From Candidatus Heimdallarchaeota archaeon (GTDB lineage Archaea; Asgardarchaeota; Heimdallarchaeia; Hodarchaeales; Hodarchaeaceae), in assembly GCA_020351745.1 (NCBI GenBank), contig CP070665.1, positions 862,833-904,532 of the forward strand: a stretch of DNA of 41,700 nucleotides, in the 5' to 3' direction. Made by a program: the position numbers and the translations under genes. Of the stretch, positions 18,055 through 28,059 are shown in pieces. Positions within the stretch are counted from its first letter, which is position 1; every line of letters begins with the position of its first letter. The notes under the pieces are model-generated. The model saw nothing but the letters and a program-made list of their open reading frames with translations, was not told the DNA's origin and made no database searches.

Positions 18055-18156
18055 TGCGCCGACCGGGATTTCCAGTAATCCTCTAAAGAGGATTTCATTT
18101 GAACCCGGGTCACCAGCTTGGGAGGCTGGAGTCCTACCAGACTAGACTATCAGCGC
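18055..18156 (-). tRNA. tRNA-Gly (anticodon CCC) with a 29-nt intron in the T-loop (position 59/60)
   Basis: The reverse complement folds as follows: acceptor GCGCTGA/TCGGCGC + A; D arm GTCT/GGAC; anticodon stem CCAGC/GCTGG with loop CTCCCAA; T stem CCGGG/CCCGG. The T-loop is interrupted by an intron (complement of 18069-18097). The exon-intron junctions form helix / 3-nt bulge / 4-bp helix / 3-nt bulge / helix. The mature length is 73 nt. Confidence 0.85.
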
Positions 18157-18360
18157 AAAGATCCACTTCAATTGATCGATTTTTGTAGCTGATTTATATT
18201 AAATTCCTCAAGAAAACCATTCACCCGTGCTGATATCAAATATCTATTTAATCAGCTCAATATAATTAGCATTTTATTAAGATAAATGAAACTCCCATAA
18301 CTTTTATTGCCCCAAGAAGTAAAATAGAAGATTATCATGAAAAATGTGCAATCAATCTAT

Positions 18361-19104
18361 TTAACGGAATACATCTGTCTGTGGATCCCTATTCAGATTG
18401 GTTGCATAAGCGTCAGCTTGATTATATTTCACTCCACGAACTATAATTACAGGTGTACCCTCGTCAGCTTGACCCATAACTAAACCTGCTGCAGCAGCAA
18501 CTTCATCTGCTCTAGCGACAAAGGTGGATTGCATTTCATATCCAAAGAGATCCTTTCGTCCTCTTAAATCATCAACAGGGTCAATTCCAGCAACACCAAT
18601 AGCAACATTGACTGTTCCTACTCGGAGAGGGCGGCCGAAGGTGTCAGAAATAATTACAGCAACATTTTTCCCTAATTCTGTAAGAATACGTTTTCTTATC
18701 CTTCGAGCTGATAAATCTGGGTCATCAGGAAGGGAAATAAGTGTATCTCCTGGAGTATTAGATTTATCTACCCCACTATTAGCACAAATAAAACCATGTT
18801 TTGTTGCTGTGATTAATACCCGTTCATTCATTCTGATGATTTCACGACTTTCCTGAAGGATAACCTCAATTTTTCTGGGATCTTTATCTTGTAATTCACC
18901 GATTTGTTGAGCGAAGGAGCTAGGAATCACTTCATGGAGGTTATAAACTTTATTCTCCGCTTTCGATATAATAGTGTGAGCAATGACAAGGATATCGTCA
19001 TCAATCAAGTTAATTTTCCGTAGTTCAGTTATCAAAATCTCTTCGATATCATCCCTCGGATTAATAAGAGGAAAATCCTGAAGAGGAAAAATAGTAACTT
19101 TCAT
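18361..19104 (-). CDS. cofE: coenzyme F420-0:L-glutamate ligase CofE
   Basis: 247 aa. Motifs IISKAENKV, ICANSGVDKSN, SDTFGRPLRVGTVNVAIG, ADEVAAAAGLVMGQADEGTPVIIVRG follow the CofE pattern. Confidence 0.85.
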   Translation of the reverse strand: MKVTIFPLQDFPLINPRDDIEEILITELRKINLIDDDILVIAHTIISKAENKVYNLHEVIPSSFAQQIGELQDKDPRKIEVILQESREIIRMNERVLITATKHGFICANSGVDKSNTPGDTLISLPDDPDLSARRIRKRILTELGKNVAVIISDTFGRPLRVGTVNVAIGVAGIDPVDDLRGRKDLFGYEMQSTFVARADEVAAAAGLVMGQADEGTPVIIVRGVKYNQADAYATNLNRDPQTDVFR

Positions 19105-19215
19105 TTGAATTAAATCCTAAAAGGAGTGGAGAAGCCTCAGACCGCTCATCGTTCATCATTAAAAGACTTCTGTTCCCTAAGCTGTCATCATTGGCTAGAC
19201 TTAATATTAATGTAA

Positions 19216-19974
19216 TTATATCCCGAACTCTGCTGGACGAGTTTTCACCTGTTCTGTTAGGTCTTTCAATAATTGTTTCACTTTTTCTGTCTGGGATGTA
19301 TTTCCCACCTTGTGGTACTTCTCATGAGCTTTGGCTAAAAGGTCAATTACTTCTTTAACGTTTTCTCGTGCACTGATTAATGCCCTTGCCTTTTGATATA
19401 ATGCATGTGCTTCATACCGTGTTGGATCTTCTCGCCCTTTCTTAAACTCTTCTACTGCTTTCTCTAAATAATATGCTTTATCAAAATTTGATTCCATCGC
19501 AGCTGCTCTCTGTACAAACGATCGAGCACGTGCCCGTGCTGCCTCCATCTCTAATCCCGTAGTCTGGTAAAGGGCACCTGCAGATTCATATAATCGGGCT
19601 GATTCGATAAATTCCCCGTCCCTAGCTTTAACCTTGGCTAGTTCACCTTGTGTTTGGGCTTGAATGGTTCTGGCTTGTTTTGCTTCCTCTGAAAATCCTT
19701 CTGTTGAGAAAACCACATTCGCTTTACCAAAACACCGAATTGCCTCAAGAAAATTCATATTCAGTACATTTATGTAGCCCAAGGCGCAAGATTGGTATGC
19801 TTCAGCCCTTTGACTCAATTTCTTTTGATCTCCGCCCACAAAGAGCTTAGTTGAGGTTTTAAACTTCTCCAAGGCCTCATCATACCGCTGGGATTCATAA
19901 AAAACCATTCCTTGATCGAATTCCTCTTGAGCTTTCTTTATTTTACTTCCCTTGAATAATGGCATGAAGGTCAA
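19216..19974 (-). CDS. hypothetical all-alpha TPR-like helical-hairpin protein
   Basis: 252 aa with a TTG start (ATG at codon 4 is an alternative). It has repeated A/Y/L-patterned helix pairs. No catalytic motif. Confidence 0.5.
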   Translation of the reverse strand: MTFMPLFKGSKIKKAQEEFDQGMVFYESQRYDEALEKFKTSTKLFVGGDQKKLSQRAEAYQSCALGYINVLNMNFLEAIRCFGKANVVFSTEGFSEEAKQARTIQAQTQGELAKVKARDGEFIESARLYESAGALYQTTGLEMEAARARARSFVQRAAAMESNFDKAYYLEKAVEEFKKGREDPTRYEAHALYQKARALISARENVKEVIDLLAKAHEKYHKVGNTSQTEKVKQLLKDLTEQVKTRPAEFGI

Positions 19975-20381
19975 CTCTATGATGAAAAATTGTCATGATT
20001 CTATAATTTCTAAGCATCGGAGATCCATTAAATAACTTTTTATTTCAATTATTTTGAGCTTATTCTTAATCAAATATACTATTCATAAAAAATGACATCT
20101 TGAATGATACTTCATTTTTTAAATAGTCGCCTAAAAAGAATTCTTCTATCAGAAAATGAACATAATTATCTCTTTCTAACCCCCATACAGCTCAAAACGA
20201 TCCATATTTATACATTTGGCTAGTTTATTACCAATATTATTTAAGTCTAAAGATATAATGTCTTTTTTAATCCTTTTGGGGATTTTACTGAATTCTCAGA
20301 AAATAAGCAAACATAAATAAAGAAAGTCAAATATTAATGAACCTACGGAATAATTTCCCTTAAAGCCATTCAAATTTTGAA

Positions 20382-23300
20382 ATGAATGGGAATGTTGTCG
20401 TTCTCAAAATAACAGAGGACAATCCTTTTGGTGGAATTAAAGTGAAAGAAATTCGGAATGGTACAACACTCTTTCTCTTAGTAATTTTAATATTTGCCTT
20501 TTCTGCTCAAGGATCGGCTTACTTTTTCCAGTTTAACAAGATAAATACTCGATATTCTTCTAATGGTACCGAAAGGATTATGCCACTGCGAAAAAACATA
20601 CCTCTACCTTCAGATATTCCACTAACTGGTATAATTCCCACCTCAAAAGCTCCTCGATCTCCAAGAGGTAGTATAAATGAAATAGTTGATCCACAAGACC
20701 AATATTTTCCTGGAAGCAATATTAGAATCAGAAATCGTTTCACAATCCCAGCAGGGCTAGCAATAGTCCAACAAGTGATTTATATTTTCCTGTTTGAAAA
20801 TAATACAAGCCCCCAAATAATGAAAGATGAAGGCAATAGCTCTGAGCCAATAACCTCAACATATTATGTCCATCACACTATTACAAATGGAACCCCCGCT
20901 GGGGCGGCGTCTTACTCGACGGATCCAAGTCATGGATGGATCGATACAACATTTCAACTTCCGAATATGACTAAATTAACATCCATGGGGATTTCTTCAG
21001 ACGATTATGTCACTATTTTCCAGTATTATCCCGCGCACAATAGATCGGAATCAAGTATTGGAACACCTATTAATCATACTGATACCTTCAAACTTAGTGC
21101 TGCAGCGGAATTCTCATCTGCTGGATTTGTAAATGACGCGAGTAACTCTGATACTTTTCGGTCCGGAGAAAATGCTACTGCGATACTCAGCGCAAAGTCA
21201 GGAATAACACCTATAGATAATGTTACAGTCACGATTAGTAACCTCTATAATAAAAGCAGTACTCCTGACTTAGAAATAAACCCTACTACTTATGGTATAT
21301 ACGCTGATCTACTAGCTTTCGATAACAAGACTGATACTAATGGTGAACTTGCACTATTTGTAGATACAACTTATCTAACTACTCCAGAGGGGGAATATTC
21401 CTTTAATATAACAGCAGACTTCACAGGGACAGATTTCTATGCGGTAGGTTACGAAAAAATTACTAGTATTACTGTTAATTTCACAATCTATAACGAGCCA
21501 GACATTGTAACAGATAGTTTATTTACAATTACAGCAGAACCAGCTTCAATTTCAACTCCAGATGTAAGAAACTCAATTGTGACTGTCCACATTCAAGCTG
21601 ATGCGGCTTATGACCGATTTGGTGTGTACAACTTATCAAAAATTCCTGTTAAAGCTACCTTAAATATCTTAGAACCCTGGGTAAATATTAGTCTTGCAGC
21701 AGGATTTAGTAGCAATGGTACAGCAGGTTGGACTCTCACTAATTCGAACGGAGAGGCGCAATTTAATATAACTGCTGGTTTTCCTATCCCATATGAAAAT
21801 AAAACCCCAATAGTTACAGTAATAGCTGATCTTCAAAACAGTTCAGCGCCAATATATCCTCCTAGTGAGCCTCATCGGTTTTTAGAAAATGATACTGGTG
21901 GAAAAATTCTTAATAAATCTCAAATGATCAGTATTGACCCCGAATTCTGGATAGGTGAAATAGATTTAGCGTGGAGTAATACCACAAGTGTCCGACCTGG
22001 GGAAGATGCAGAACTACATTATGAAGTCAGGAAGGACGGAGAGCCACCTGGAACAAACACATTCGCAGGCGTTCCAGTCAATATCTCATTGGATAAACCT
22101 ATACCTGGTGTTTCCTTGGACATGAGCGATAATAGTCCTTACCTAGGTAGTAAAGGTTATTATTATACAGACAGTAGTGGGATAATTGTACTCAAAATTC
22201 GTACGACTTACCTATTAACCCCAGAAATAGTCCAAAAGGTCAAACTAAACCTGACTGTCGACTTTGAAAATGATTCAAATGTTCGATGGATTGGAAACCA
22301 ACACAAAGGTTATGGTTCTTTCGAAGATTTTGATAAGACTTGGTTATCAAGGTTATCAACACCGACTGAAGAACTTACTATTGATCCTGATTTTAATAAT
22401 TGCACAATCATTTTCTTAACAACGAATGAATCTGGGGATACAACCATTCGTCCTGGTGATAATCTAACAATTAAATTCAGAGTTCAAGATGAAGGAGGAT
22501 CTCCTCTAAGTAATGTATCAGCAAAGATCGCGTTAGGTGCTTCATATCCTGGAGTGTCATTAACCATTCATCCTCAGCATACAGGATCTCAAGATCCCCT
22601 CGCTAGACCAAATTATTACCAAACGGATAGTTCTGGAAACATAACTGTTGCTTTAAGTACCTCATTTATTACAACTCCAAAAATCCTTGATATCGAGCTA
22701 ATTGCTACAGCAGATTTTGAAAACGACTCCATTCCTTATGACAAATGGCTTGTTGGTTCAAAAGGTGCACGGTCGGATTTTCGATCTAATAGTTCTTATT
22801 CTGAAACATCACAAAATATTAGTGTGAAACCCCAGTATTTCATTGGAAAAATTTTTATTAGGGGGGATCCAGATGAAGTGGTTCCACAAAATGCCACACT
22901 CGATATCGAGTTCGAACTCAGACTTCTAGAACTTGATACTGGTGCCTGGGTGTCTCCTCCTGGCATTATAATCGATGGTGTCAATATTTCTATTGAAATA
23001 AATGGAATGAATCCAAAACTACTCGCAATGAATGTTACACCCTCATCGAATCAATATTCAAAAGACAGTTTCGCTACCTTCCACATTCTTACGAACGCTA
23101 CAGGTCTCACACAAGAAGGGAATTATACTATCGAGGCAAAAGCTAATTTCGGAGCTGCTCAAGGATTAATTTATAACTTCACTCAACCATACCCTGATAC
23201 GGTTTCATCAGAGCATTTATTGGGCGCATGGGTTAATGGCACCTATTCTGACGGTTATTCCAATACATCTTTCCAATTTGAAGTGAAAAACATTGATTTG

Positions 23301-25520
23301 ATTAAAGTTTGGATTGCAGGAGTTACAGATCCCTTCCATACCGATGCTAAGTTTAACAACATCTCTGGACTTTTCGAAGTTTATCGAGTTACTACTGACA
23401 TAATTATAGAAGGAACCTACAAAGACAAAACTCAAGATCCTGTTCCAGATAGAGAAATTACAATCTCGCTAACCCATTCATTGGGTACAATTGACCTTGA
23501 TACTGTTACCTCTTTGGGGGATGGTACTTTTTCAGTTGTTGTTAATTTACCAGCTACAACTCCTTTGGAAGATAATGTCATGATAAATGGTTGGGATTCA
23601 GATGTCCCCGCCCCAGATCCCCAAGAATACAGGGAGGGGTATAATAATATTCGAGTGGTGACCAGTATTGGTCTTGATTTTGATCTCAGCAACTTCAATG
23701 GCACCTCTGTGTTTATAGGGAGAAACGTATCTATTAGTGGGACATTAACAGATAACTTAGATTCACCAATTGATAATTCCACAGCAATATTTACAGATTC
23801 ATTTTCTGAATTAACTGGCCGCCTACGCGTTATTGGCTGGAATGGAACCCATGAGATAGGTTATGAAGTGGTAACGAGTCCTTACGCAAATGGAACTTAT
23901 GATATGTCCTATCAAATCCCCTTAAATTATACTTATGATGACACACTCTACATTAGATTGAATATTATTGCTAATCCAGGACTTATCCATTATCGTATAA
24001 ATTACGCCCAAAAGCTAATCAATGTCTACTGGGACTTCGAAGTTGAACCTCTGCAAATTTATTTTCCCTCAAATGGTACAACAACAAACCTGACTCATAA
24101 TAACGTTTATGTGGTTAAGGGGATTGAAAATCGAGACATTTCCATCAATGGGACTCTAAAGGATCAATCAGGTCGAGAACTTGATTCAAAATGGATTAGT
24201 GCTACATGGAACGGTAGTAGCAGTCCATATTCTGTAAACGCTGCAGGATACTTCTCTCTTGATTATTCATTTACTGGATGGGAAAATAACACCTGGGTCT
24301 GGCAGCTTTATCACATTTTAGATAACGGGACAGTATTATCAAAATACTATGAAATTACTCTTCAATGGAAAGTATATGATGAATATGCGCCCATTATTGA
24401 CATAACCAGCCCAATGTCCTCCAATGGCATTGCACTCCTCCAACAAAATGATGTCACACAGATTAGTGTGACGGTCATAGATCCAGATCCTACATCTGGT
24501 TTTGTATCAGTTGGACTAGATAATTTATCTGTTACAATCTGGATTAATGGTATTAGCGATGTTATGGATCAAGATCCAATCAATGGATACATATTTACAT
24601 ACGATTGGGACACTTCAAATCCTTTGGATATTTCCTACAATATCACAGTTTCAGCTGCTGACCTATCAAACAATTGGAATAAAACGGAAATCGAAATTAT
24701 GATCGATATAGTCAACCCATCCGCTACTATTGAAGTCTCAGAAAACAATGATGGATACCTAATAGTCGATTTAGATACTGGATATGTACCAATTTCAGGT
24801 ACTATTATGGACAATAGTTCTGAGACAGGATGGAATACTGGGATAGATAATACATCTGTTCGTCTTTTCATAATTAATCCATTTAATCAGGAAATAAAAA
24901 TTAGTACTAGCATATCAATTAGTGATAATAGCTATGAATATGAATTGGCTATTTTCAATCCTGATGATCTTTCCCGTAACGACTCATTAAGGGGAACAGA
25001 AGATTGGACCATTCGATTGACTTTTAGTGATTTAGCAGGTAATGTGAACTACACTGAAAGGGATGTGAAGCTTGACAACAAAAAGCCAAAATTGAATATT
25101 ACAGACGGCTTACCTGATGTGGTAGATGAGGAACTAATTATTCACATTACATTTGATGATCAAGAAACTGGTATCTACATAGAAACACTAACTCTTGAGC
25201 TTTATAATTCGACTGGTGCCGTTCTGGACACAATTCTTTTTGAAGATGCCAATTTCACAGAGAGAACTGATAATGAAGCAAGAATAGTTCTTGATACCTC
25301 AGAGTTAGATGAAGGCGATTATTCCATCAAAATTATTATTTTCGATAACACTGGTAATAGAGAGGAAATCACTTCTGAATCATTTACTATTAGTCGTCCT
25401 GGACCTCCAGATATTTTTGGCAATATTTTTCTAATTATTTTATCTCCATTACTTGCTTTCGGTGGGGGAATTGGCATAGCTGCATTGTATGAACGATTTA
25501 AAGGAATACGAGGTGCTTGA
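20382..25520 (+). CDS. giant (1,712 aa) secreted, C-terminally membrane-anchored, N-glycosylation-rich Ig-repeat surface protein (adhesin or S-layer-like)
   Basis: Single uninterrupted ORF with an N-terminal signal-like segment TTLFLLVILIFAFSAQGSA. It has tandem beta-rich modules with a Big/invasin-like signature (TD-x-x-G ... T-x-Y/F-L/I-T-T-P ... A-D-F), for example the pair starting at 22167 and 22623, 152 aa apart. My hand count finds about 65 N-x-S/T sequons. The C-terminal TM is IFLIILSPLLAFGGGIGIAAL, followed by a basic tail. The in-frame GTG at 20442 with GGTGG 7 nt upstream is a likely true start, giving MKEIRNG + signal peptide. Confidence 0.85.
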   Translation: MNGNVVVLKITEDNPFGGIKVKEIRNGTTLFLLVILIFAFSAQGSAYFFQFNKINTRYSSNGTERIMPLRKNIPLPSDIPLTGIIPTSKAPRSPRGSINEIVDPQDQYFPGSNIRIRNRFTIPAGLAIVQQVIYIFLFENNTSPQIMKDEGNSSEPITSTYYVHHTITNGTPAGAASYSTDPSHGWIDTTFQLPNMTKLTSMGISSDDYVTIFQYYPAHNRSESSIGTPINHTDTFKLSAAAEFSSAGFVNDASNSDTFRSGENATAILSAKSGITPIDNVTVTISNLYNKSSTPDLEINPTTYGIYADLLAFDNKTDTNGELALFVDTTYLTTPEGEYSFNITADFTGTDFYAVGYEKITSITVNFTIYNEPDIVTDSLFTITAEPASISTPDVRNSIVTVHIQADAAYDRFGVYNLSKIPVKATLNILEPWVNISLAAGFSSNGTAGWTLTNSNGEAQFNITAGFPIPYENKTPIVTVIADLQNSSAPIYPPSEPHRFLENDTGGKILNKSQMISIDPEFWIGEIDLAWSNTTSVRPGEDAELHYEVRKDGEPPGTNTFAGVPVNISLDKPIPGVSLDMSDNSPYLGSKGYYYTDSSGIIVLKIRTTYLLTPEIVQKVKLNLTVDFENDSNVRWIGNQHKGYGSFEDFDKTWLSRLSTPTEELTIDPDFNNCTIIFLTTNESGDTTIRPGDNLTIKFRVQDEGGSPLSNVSAKIALGASYPGVSLTIHPQHTGSQDPLARPNYYQTDSSGNITVALSTSFITTPKILDIELIATADFENDSIPYDKWLVGSKGARSDFRSNSSYSETSQNISVKPQYFIGKIFIRGDPDEVVPQNATLDIEFELRLLELDTGAWVSPPGIIIDGVNISIEINGMNPKLLAMNVTPSSNQYSKDSFATFHILTNATGLTQEGNYTIEAKANFGAAQGLIYNFTQPYPDTVSSEHLLGAWVNGTYSDGYSNTSFQFEVKNIDLIKVWIAGVTDPFHTDAKFNNISGLFEVYRVTTDIIIEGTYKDKTQDPVPDREITISLTHSLGTIDLDTVTSLGDGTFSVVVNLPATTPLEDNVMINGWDSDVPAPDPQEYREGYNNIRVVTSIGLDFDLSNFNGTSVFIGRNVSISGTLTDNLDSPIDNSTAIFTDSFSELTGRLRVIGWNGTHEIGYEVVTSPYANGTYDMSYQIPLNYTYDDTLYIRLNIIANPGLIHYRINYAQKLINVYWDFEVEPLQIYFPSNGTTTNLTHNNVYVVKGIENRDISINGTLKDQSGRELDSKWISATWNGSSSPYSVNAAGYFSLDYSFTGWENNTWVWQLYHILDNGTVLSKYYEITLQWKVYDEYAPIIDITSPMSSNGIALLQQNDVTQISVTVIDPDPTSGFVSVGLDNLSVTIWINGISDVMDQDPINGYIFTYDWDTSNPLDISYNITVSAADLSNNWNKTEIEIMIDIVNPSATIEVSENNDGYLIVDLDTGYVPISGTIMDNSSETGWNTGIDNTSVRLFIINPFNQEIKISTSISISDNSYEYELAIFNPDDLSRNDSLRGTEDWTIRLTFSDLAGNVNYTERDVKLDNKKPKLNITDGLPDVVDEELIIHITFDDQETGIYIETLTLELYNSTGAVLDTILFEDANFTERTDNEARIVLDTSELDEGDYSIKIIIFDNTGNREEITSESFTISRPGPPDIFGNIFLIILSPLLAFGGGIGIAALYERFKGIRGA

Positions 25521-25680
25521 AACTTCAGTCAAAAAACAAAAAAATTCCGACATTATACGATTAGGATCATTTCTTTAAAGAAATAATATAAATATGAAAT
25601 GAAACAAAGATTAAAAAATAAATGAAAACACTAGAAATCTAGGTTGGATCAGATCAAGCTAAATTAAATAACTAAACATT

Positions 25681-26205
25681 ATGAAAATTGTGATGAGAAT
25701 GAATGGAATCAGTTTCTTTGCCCAAACAATATTCGAAATCATCTTCCCTATTCTTATTTTAGGCGCTTTGATTGTTGCTGGTTTCTTACTGTTTTATTTT
25801 CGACAACAAATCATTGAAGCCATAGGAGTAGGGGGAGTAAAAAAGACAATTCTTGAACAAGAGATCGAACAACGTTTAGTTCAAATTCGGCAATTGGCCC
25901 GCCAACAAATGTTTCGGGAAGCATCTATCCTTATGTGGCAAACCATGACACTTGCTTCTGAGGGATTTCTTGGTGTTGGCCGAGCACCTAACGAGTCTGC
26001 ACGACAATTAGGTGTGAAACTTATGAATCGTGGTGACTTAGACCCCAGTGCGATTAATGCTATTGTAATGGCATTTGAGAAGGCGCGGTATGGTCAAACA
26101 CCTCTCACAACCCAAGAATTTAAAGATGGTTTATCGGGACTTCACCAATTCCTCCAAACAGCGACATCTGCAGGTGGGATTCCTGAAGCTACCGAAGAAT
26201 ATTGA
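25681..26205 (+). CDS. membrane protein with DUF4129-like C-terminal domain
   Basis: 174 aa with an N-terminal TM (IIFPILILGALIVAGFLLFYF). The helical domain ends in APNESARQLG...IVMAFEKARYGQTPLTTQEF, the hallmark ...ARYG...-type motif of DUF4129. Confidence 0.65.
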   Translation: MKIVMRMNGISFFAQTIFEIIFPILILGALIVAGFLLFYFRQQIIEAIGVGGVKKTILEQEIEQRLVQIRQLARQQMFREASILMWQTMTLASEGFLGVGRAPNESARQLGVKLMNRGDLDPSAINAIVMAFEKARYGQTPLTTQEFKDGLSGLHQFLQTATSAGGIPEATEEY

Positions 26206-26254
26206 TTATGAATAAAGAATTAGTTATTTCACATCAAAAATTAAGTGAAATCTC

Positions 26255-28018
26255 ATGGTAGAGATTAATCGTACAACTGCAGCATTGATCATCCTAGCTA
26301 TCTTCATTAGCTATCCCTTTGTATCCGCATCCTTATTTGGTTTTTTATTTACCACAAATACCACCAATTTTTCAATTTATAATACAGGATGGAATGGAGC
26401 TAGTACATTCAAAGAAATGTTTGAGAATCACTCAAATCAAGGACGAATCTCTACTATTGTTGGTAGCAGTAATATTCTCAACCGCATAAACAAATCTGAG
26501 CCCGAAATGAACAATAGTCAAGGCTCACTCATCATCCTCGGACCAGCAGTGCATTACGATCCCACTGAAGCTTTAGCTATTTTAATGTATGCAATCAATG
26601 GGGGGAGAGTTCTAATTGCAGATGATTTTGGAACCGCCAATGATATCCTTAGCGTTCTCTCTCTTTTTTTGGGTTTTATGGCGCAAGTAGATCTGAGTGA
26701 TGTGGGATTAGGTGATATGGCTGGAACAAATATGTTCGGATTGAATACAACGACTAATGCTACTACTAATGGTGATGATGAATGTAATCTTGGAGCTAAT
26801 TTTCCAATTGCTGGGATTGCCATTAATGGTAGCCTTCTTGCGGATCAAGGCAGCTACAATGATACTCCCCTTACCCCTGTATTCCATTTTCCTGAGTCAA
26901 GCAACCAAACTGGAAGCTATCGAATGCCTGCTCCCTGGGTGACCGATTTCACAACTGGTCTAGGTGGTAATGGGGTTATTGGAAATTTTGCTTCTATTAT
27001 TAGCATGAAAGTTCGTTACCCTGTTAATGCCACTGAGGTCGACGTAGGGGGGGGAAATACCACATGTGAGGTCACTTTCGTAACTAAATGGGTGCCCATG
27101 GGAGAGTTTCCTGCTTCTGCGGCGAGCGCTTTTTCTGATATTCAAGAGGATATCCCTGGAATAGAAATCCCTGACCTTGAATTCAGCCTTCAAATAGCAG
27201 TATTATATAGTAGTTCTCATGCATGGCTAGAATCAGACATCGAACTAGCTAAGAGGGATGTAAACGCTATTGGGCCCAATAATTCTGATCCTTATGAATG
27301 GGCGCATCCGAATGTTGGGTTTCCAGTTTTTGTTTATTTTCCGTTTCCTCTGGGAGGTGAATTAATTATTTGTTCTGATCCATCTATTTTCATAAATAAG
27401 TATCTTGACAAATCAAGAGACGATTATGATGATACCTATGATAACTACCAATTTGCTTTGAATGTAGTCGATAAGCTTATGAGTAATCGCTCCGGACAGA
27501 CCATCATATTTGACGAAGGCCATCTTGCAAATCATCCTCTGTCCCCTACTCTTCCATTAAGTCTCTATCTGAAATTTCTTGATATGATAACCATGTTTCC
27601 ACTGTTTGCGTGGGCTTTACCTATTGCTGCAATCATTTTATCACGACGTTTTATGCCCAAAAGAACACAAGCGAAACCTCTTTTGTTAACACGCGTTGAA
27701 CGGTACTATGGACGTAGTTTCTTTGCAGTGAAGATGCGGTGGTTCCTGGAATATCAGCAATATTCTCGTGGACTAGAACTTATTTACCGACGACTTAAGC
27801 GAAATTTGAACCGTCGTTATAATCCAGATGTAGAACTTACGCCTGAAATCACCGCTACTTACTTAGTAAATGAATTTCCTGACCGATTCACTCATAAAAC
27901 TATCACTGAAGGCTTGAGTGTTATTGAAACAATTATAGAAACTCGAGCTGTGATCTCAGAACAAGAATTCCTCGACCATTATCTGTTTCTGAAAAATATT
28001 GGGGTGGAGATAACCTAA
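26255..28018 (+). CDS. DUF4350-like glycosylated ectodomain protein with N- and C-terminal TM segments
   Basis: 587 aa with a signal anchor AALIILAIFISYPFVSASLFGF. DUF4350-type motifs are SLIILGPAVHYDPTEALAILMYAINGGRVLIADDFG and IIFDEGH. It has many N-x-S/T sequons and a second TM, FPLFAWALPIAAIIL. The cytoplasmic tail is basic and helical. Confidence 0.65.
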   Translation: MVEINRTTAALIILAIFISYPFVSASLFGFLFTTNTTNFSIYNTGWNGASTFKEMFENHSNQGRISTIVGSSNILNRINKSEPEMNNSQGSLIILGPAVHYDPTEALAILMYAINGGRVLIADDFGTANDILSVLSLFLGFMAQVDLSDVGLGDMAGTNMFGLNTTTNATTNGDDECNLGANFPIAGIAINGSLLADQGSYNDTPLTPVFHFPESSNQTGSYRMPAPWVTDFTTGLGGNGVIGNFASIISMKVRYPVNATEVDVGGGNTTCEVTFVTKWVPMGEFPASAASAFSDIQEDIPGIEIPDLEFSLQIAVLYSSSHAWLESDIELAKRDVNAIGPNNSDPYEWAHPNVGFPVFVYFPFPLGGELIICSDPSIFINKYLDKSRDDYDDTYDNYQFALNVVDKLMSNRSGQTIIFDEGHLANHPLSPTLPLSLYLKFLDMITMFPLFAWALPIAAIILSRRFMPKRTQAKPLLLTRVERYYGRSFFAVKMRWFLEYQQYSRGLELIYRRLKRNLNRRYNPDVELTPEITATYLVNEFPDRFTHKTITEGLSVIETIIETRAVISEQEFLDHYLFLKNIGVEIT

Positions 28019-28059
28019 TTTCCTCATGATCAAAAATAATTGCACAAATTAGATTAGAA

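Noticed and set aside
25390-25520. The C-terminus of the giant protein considered as a PGF-CTERM / archaeosortase sorting signal.
   Set aside because: The sequence reads SRPGPPDIFGNIFLIILSPLLAFGGGIGIAAL-YERFKGIRGA. It has a TM and a basic tail but lacks the PGF (or PEF/VPXXXP) signature tripeptide in the expected place. It is treated as a plain TM anchor.
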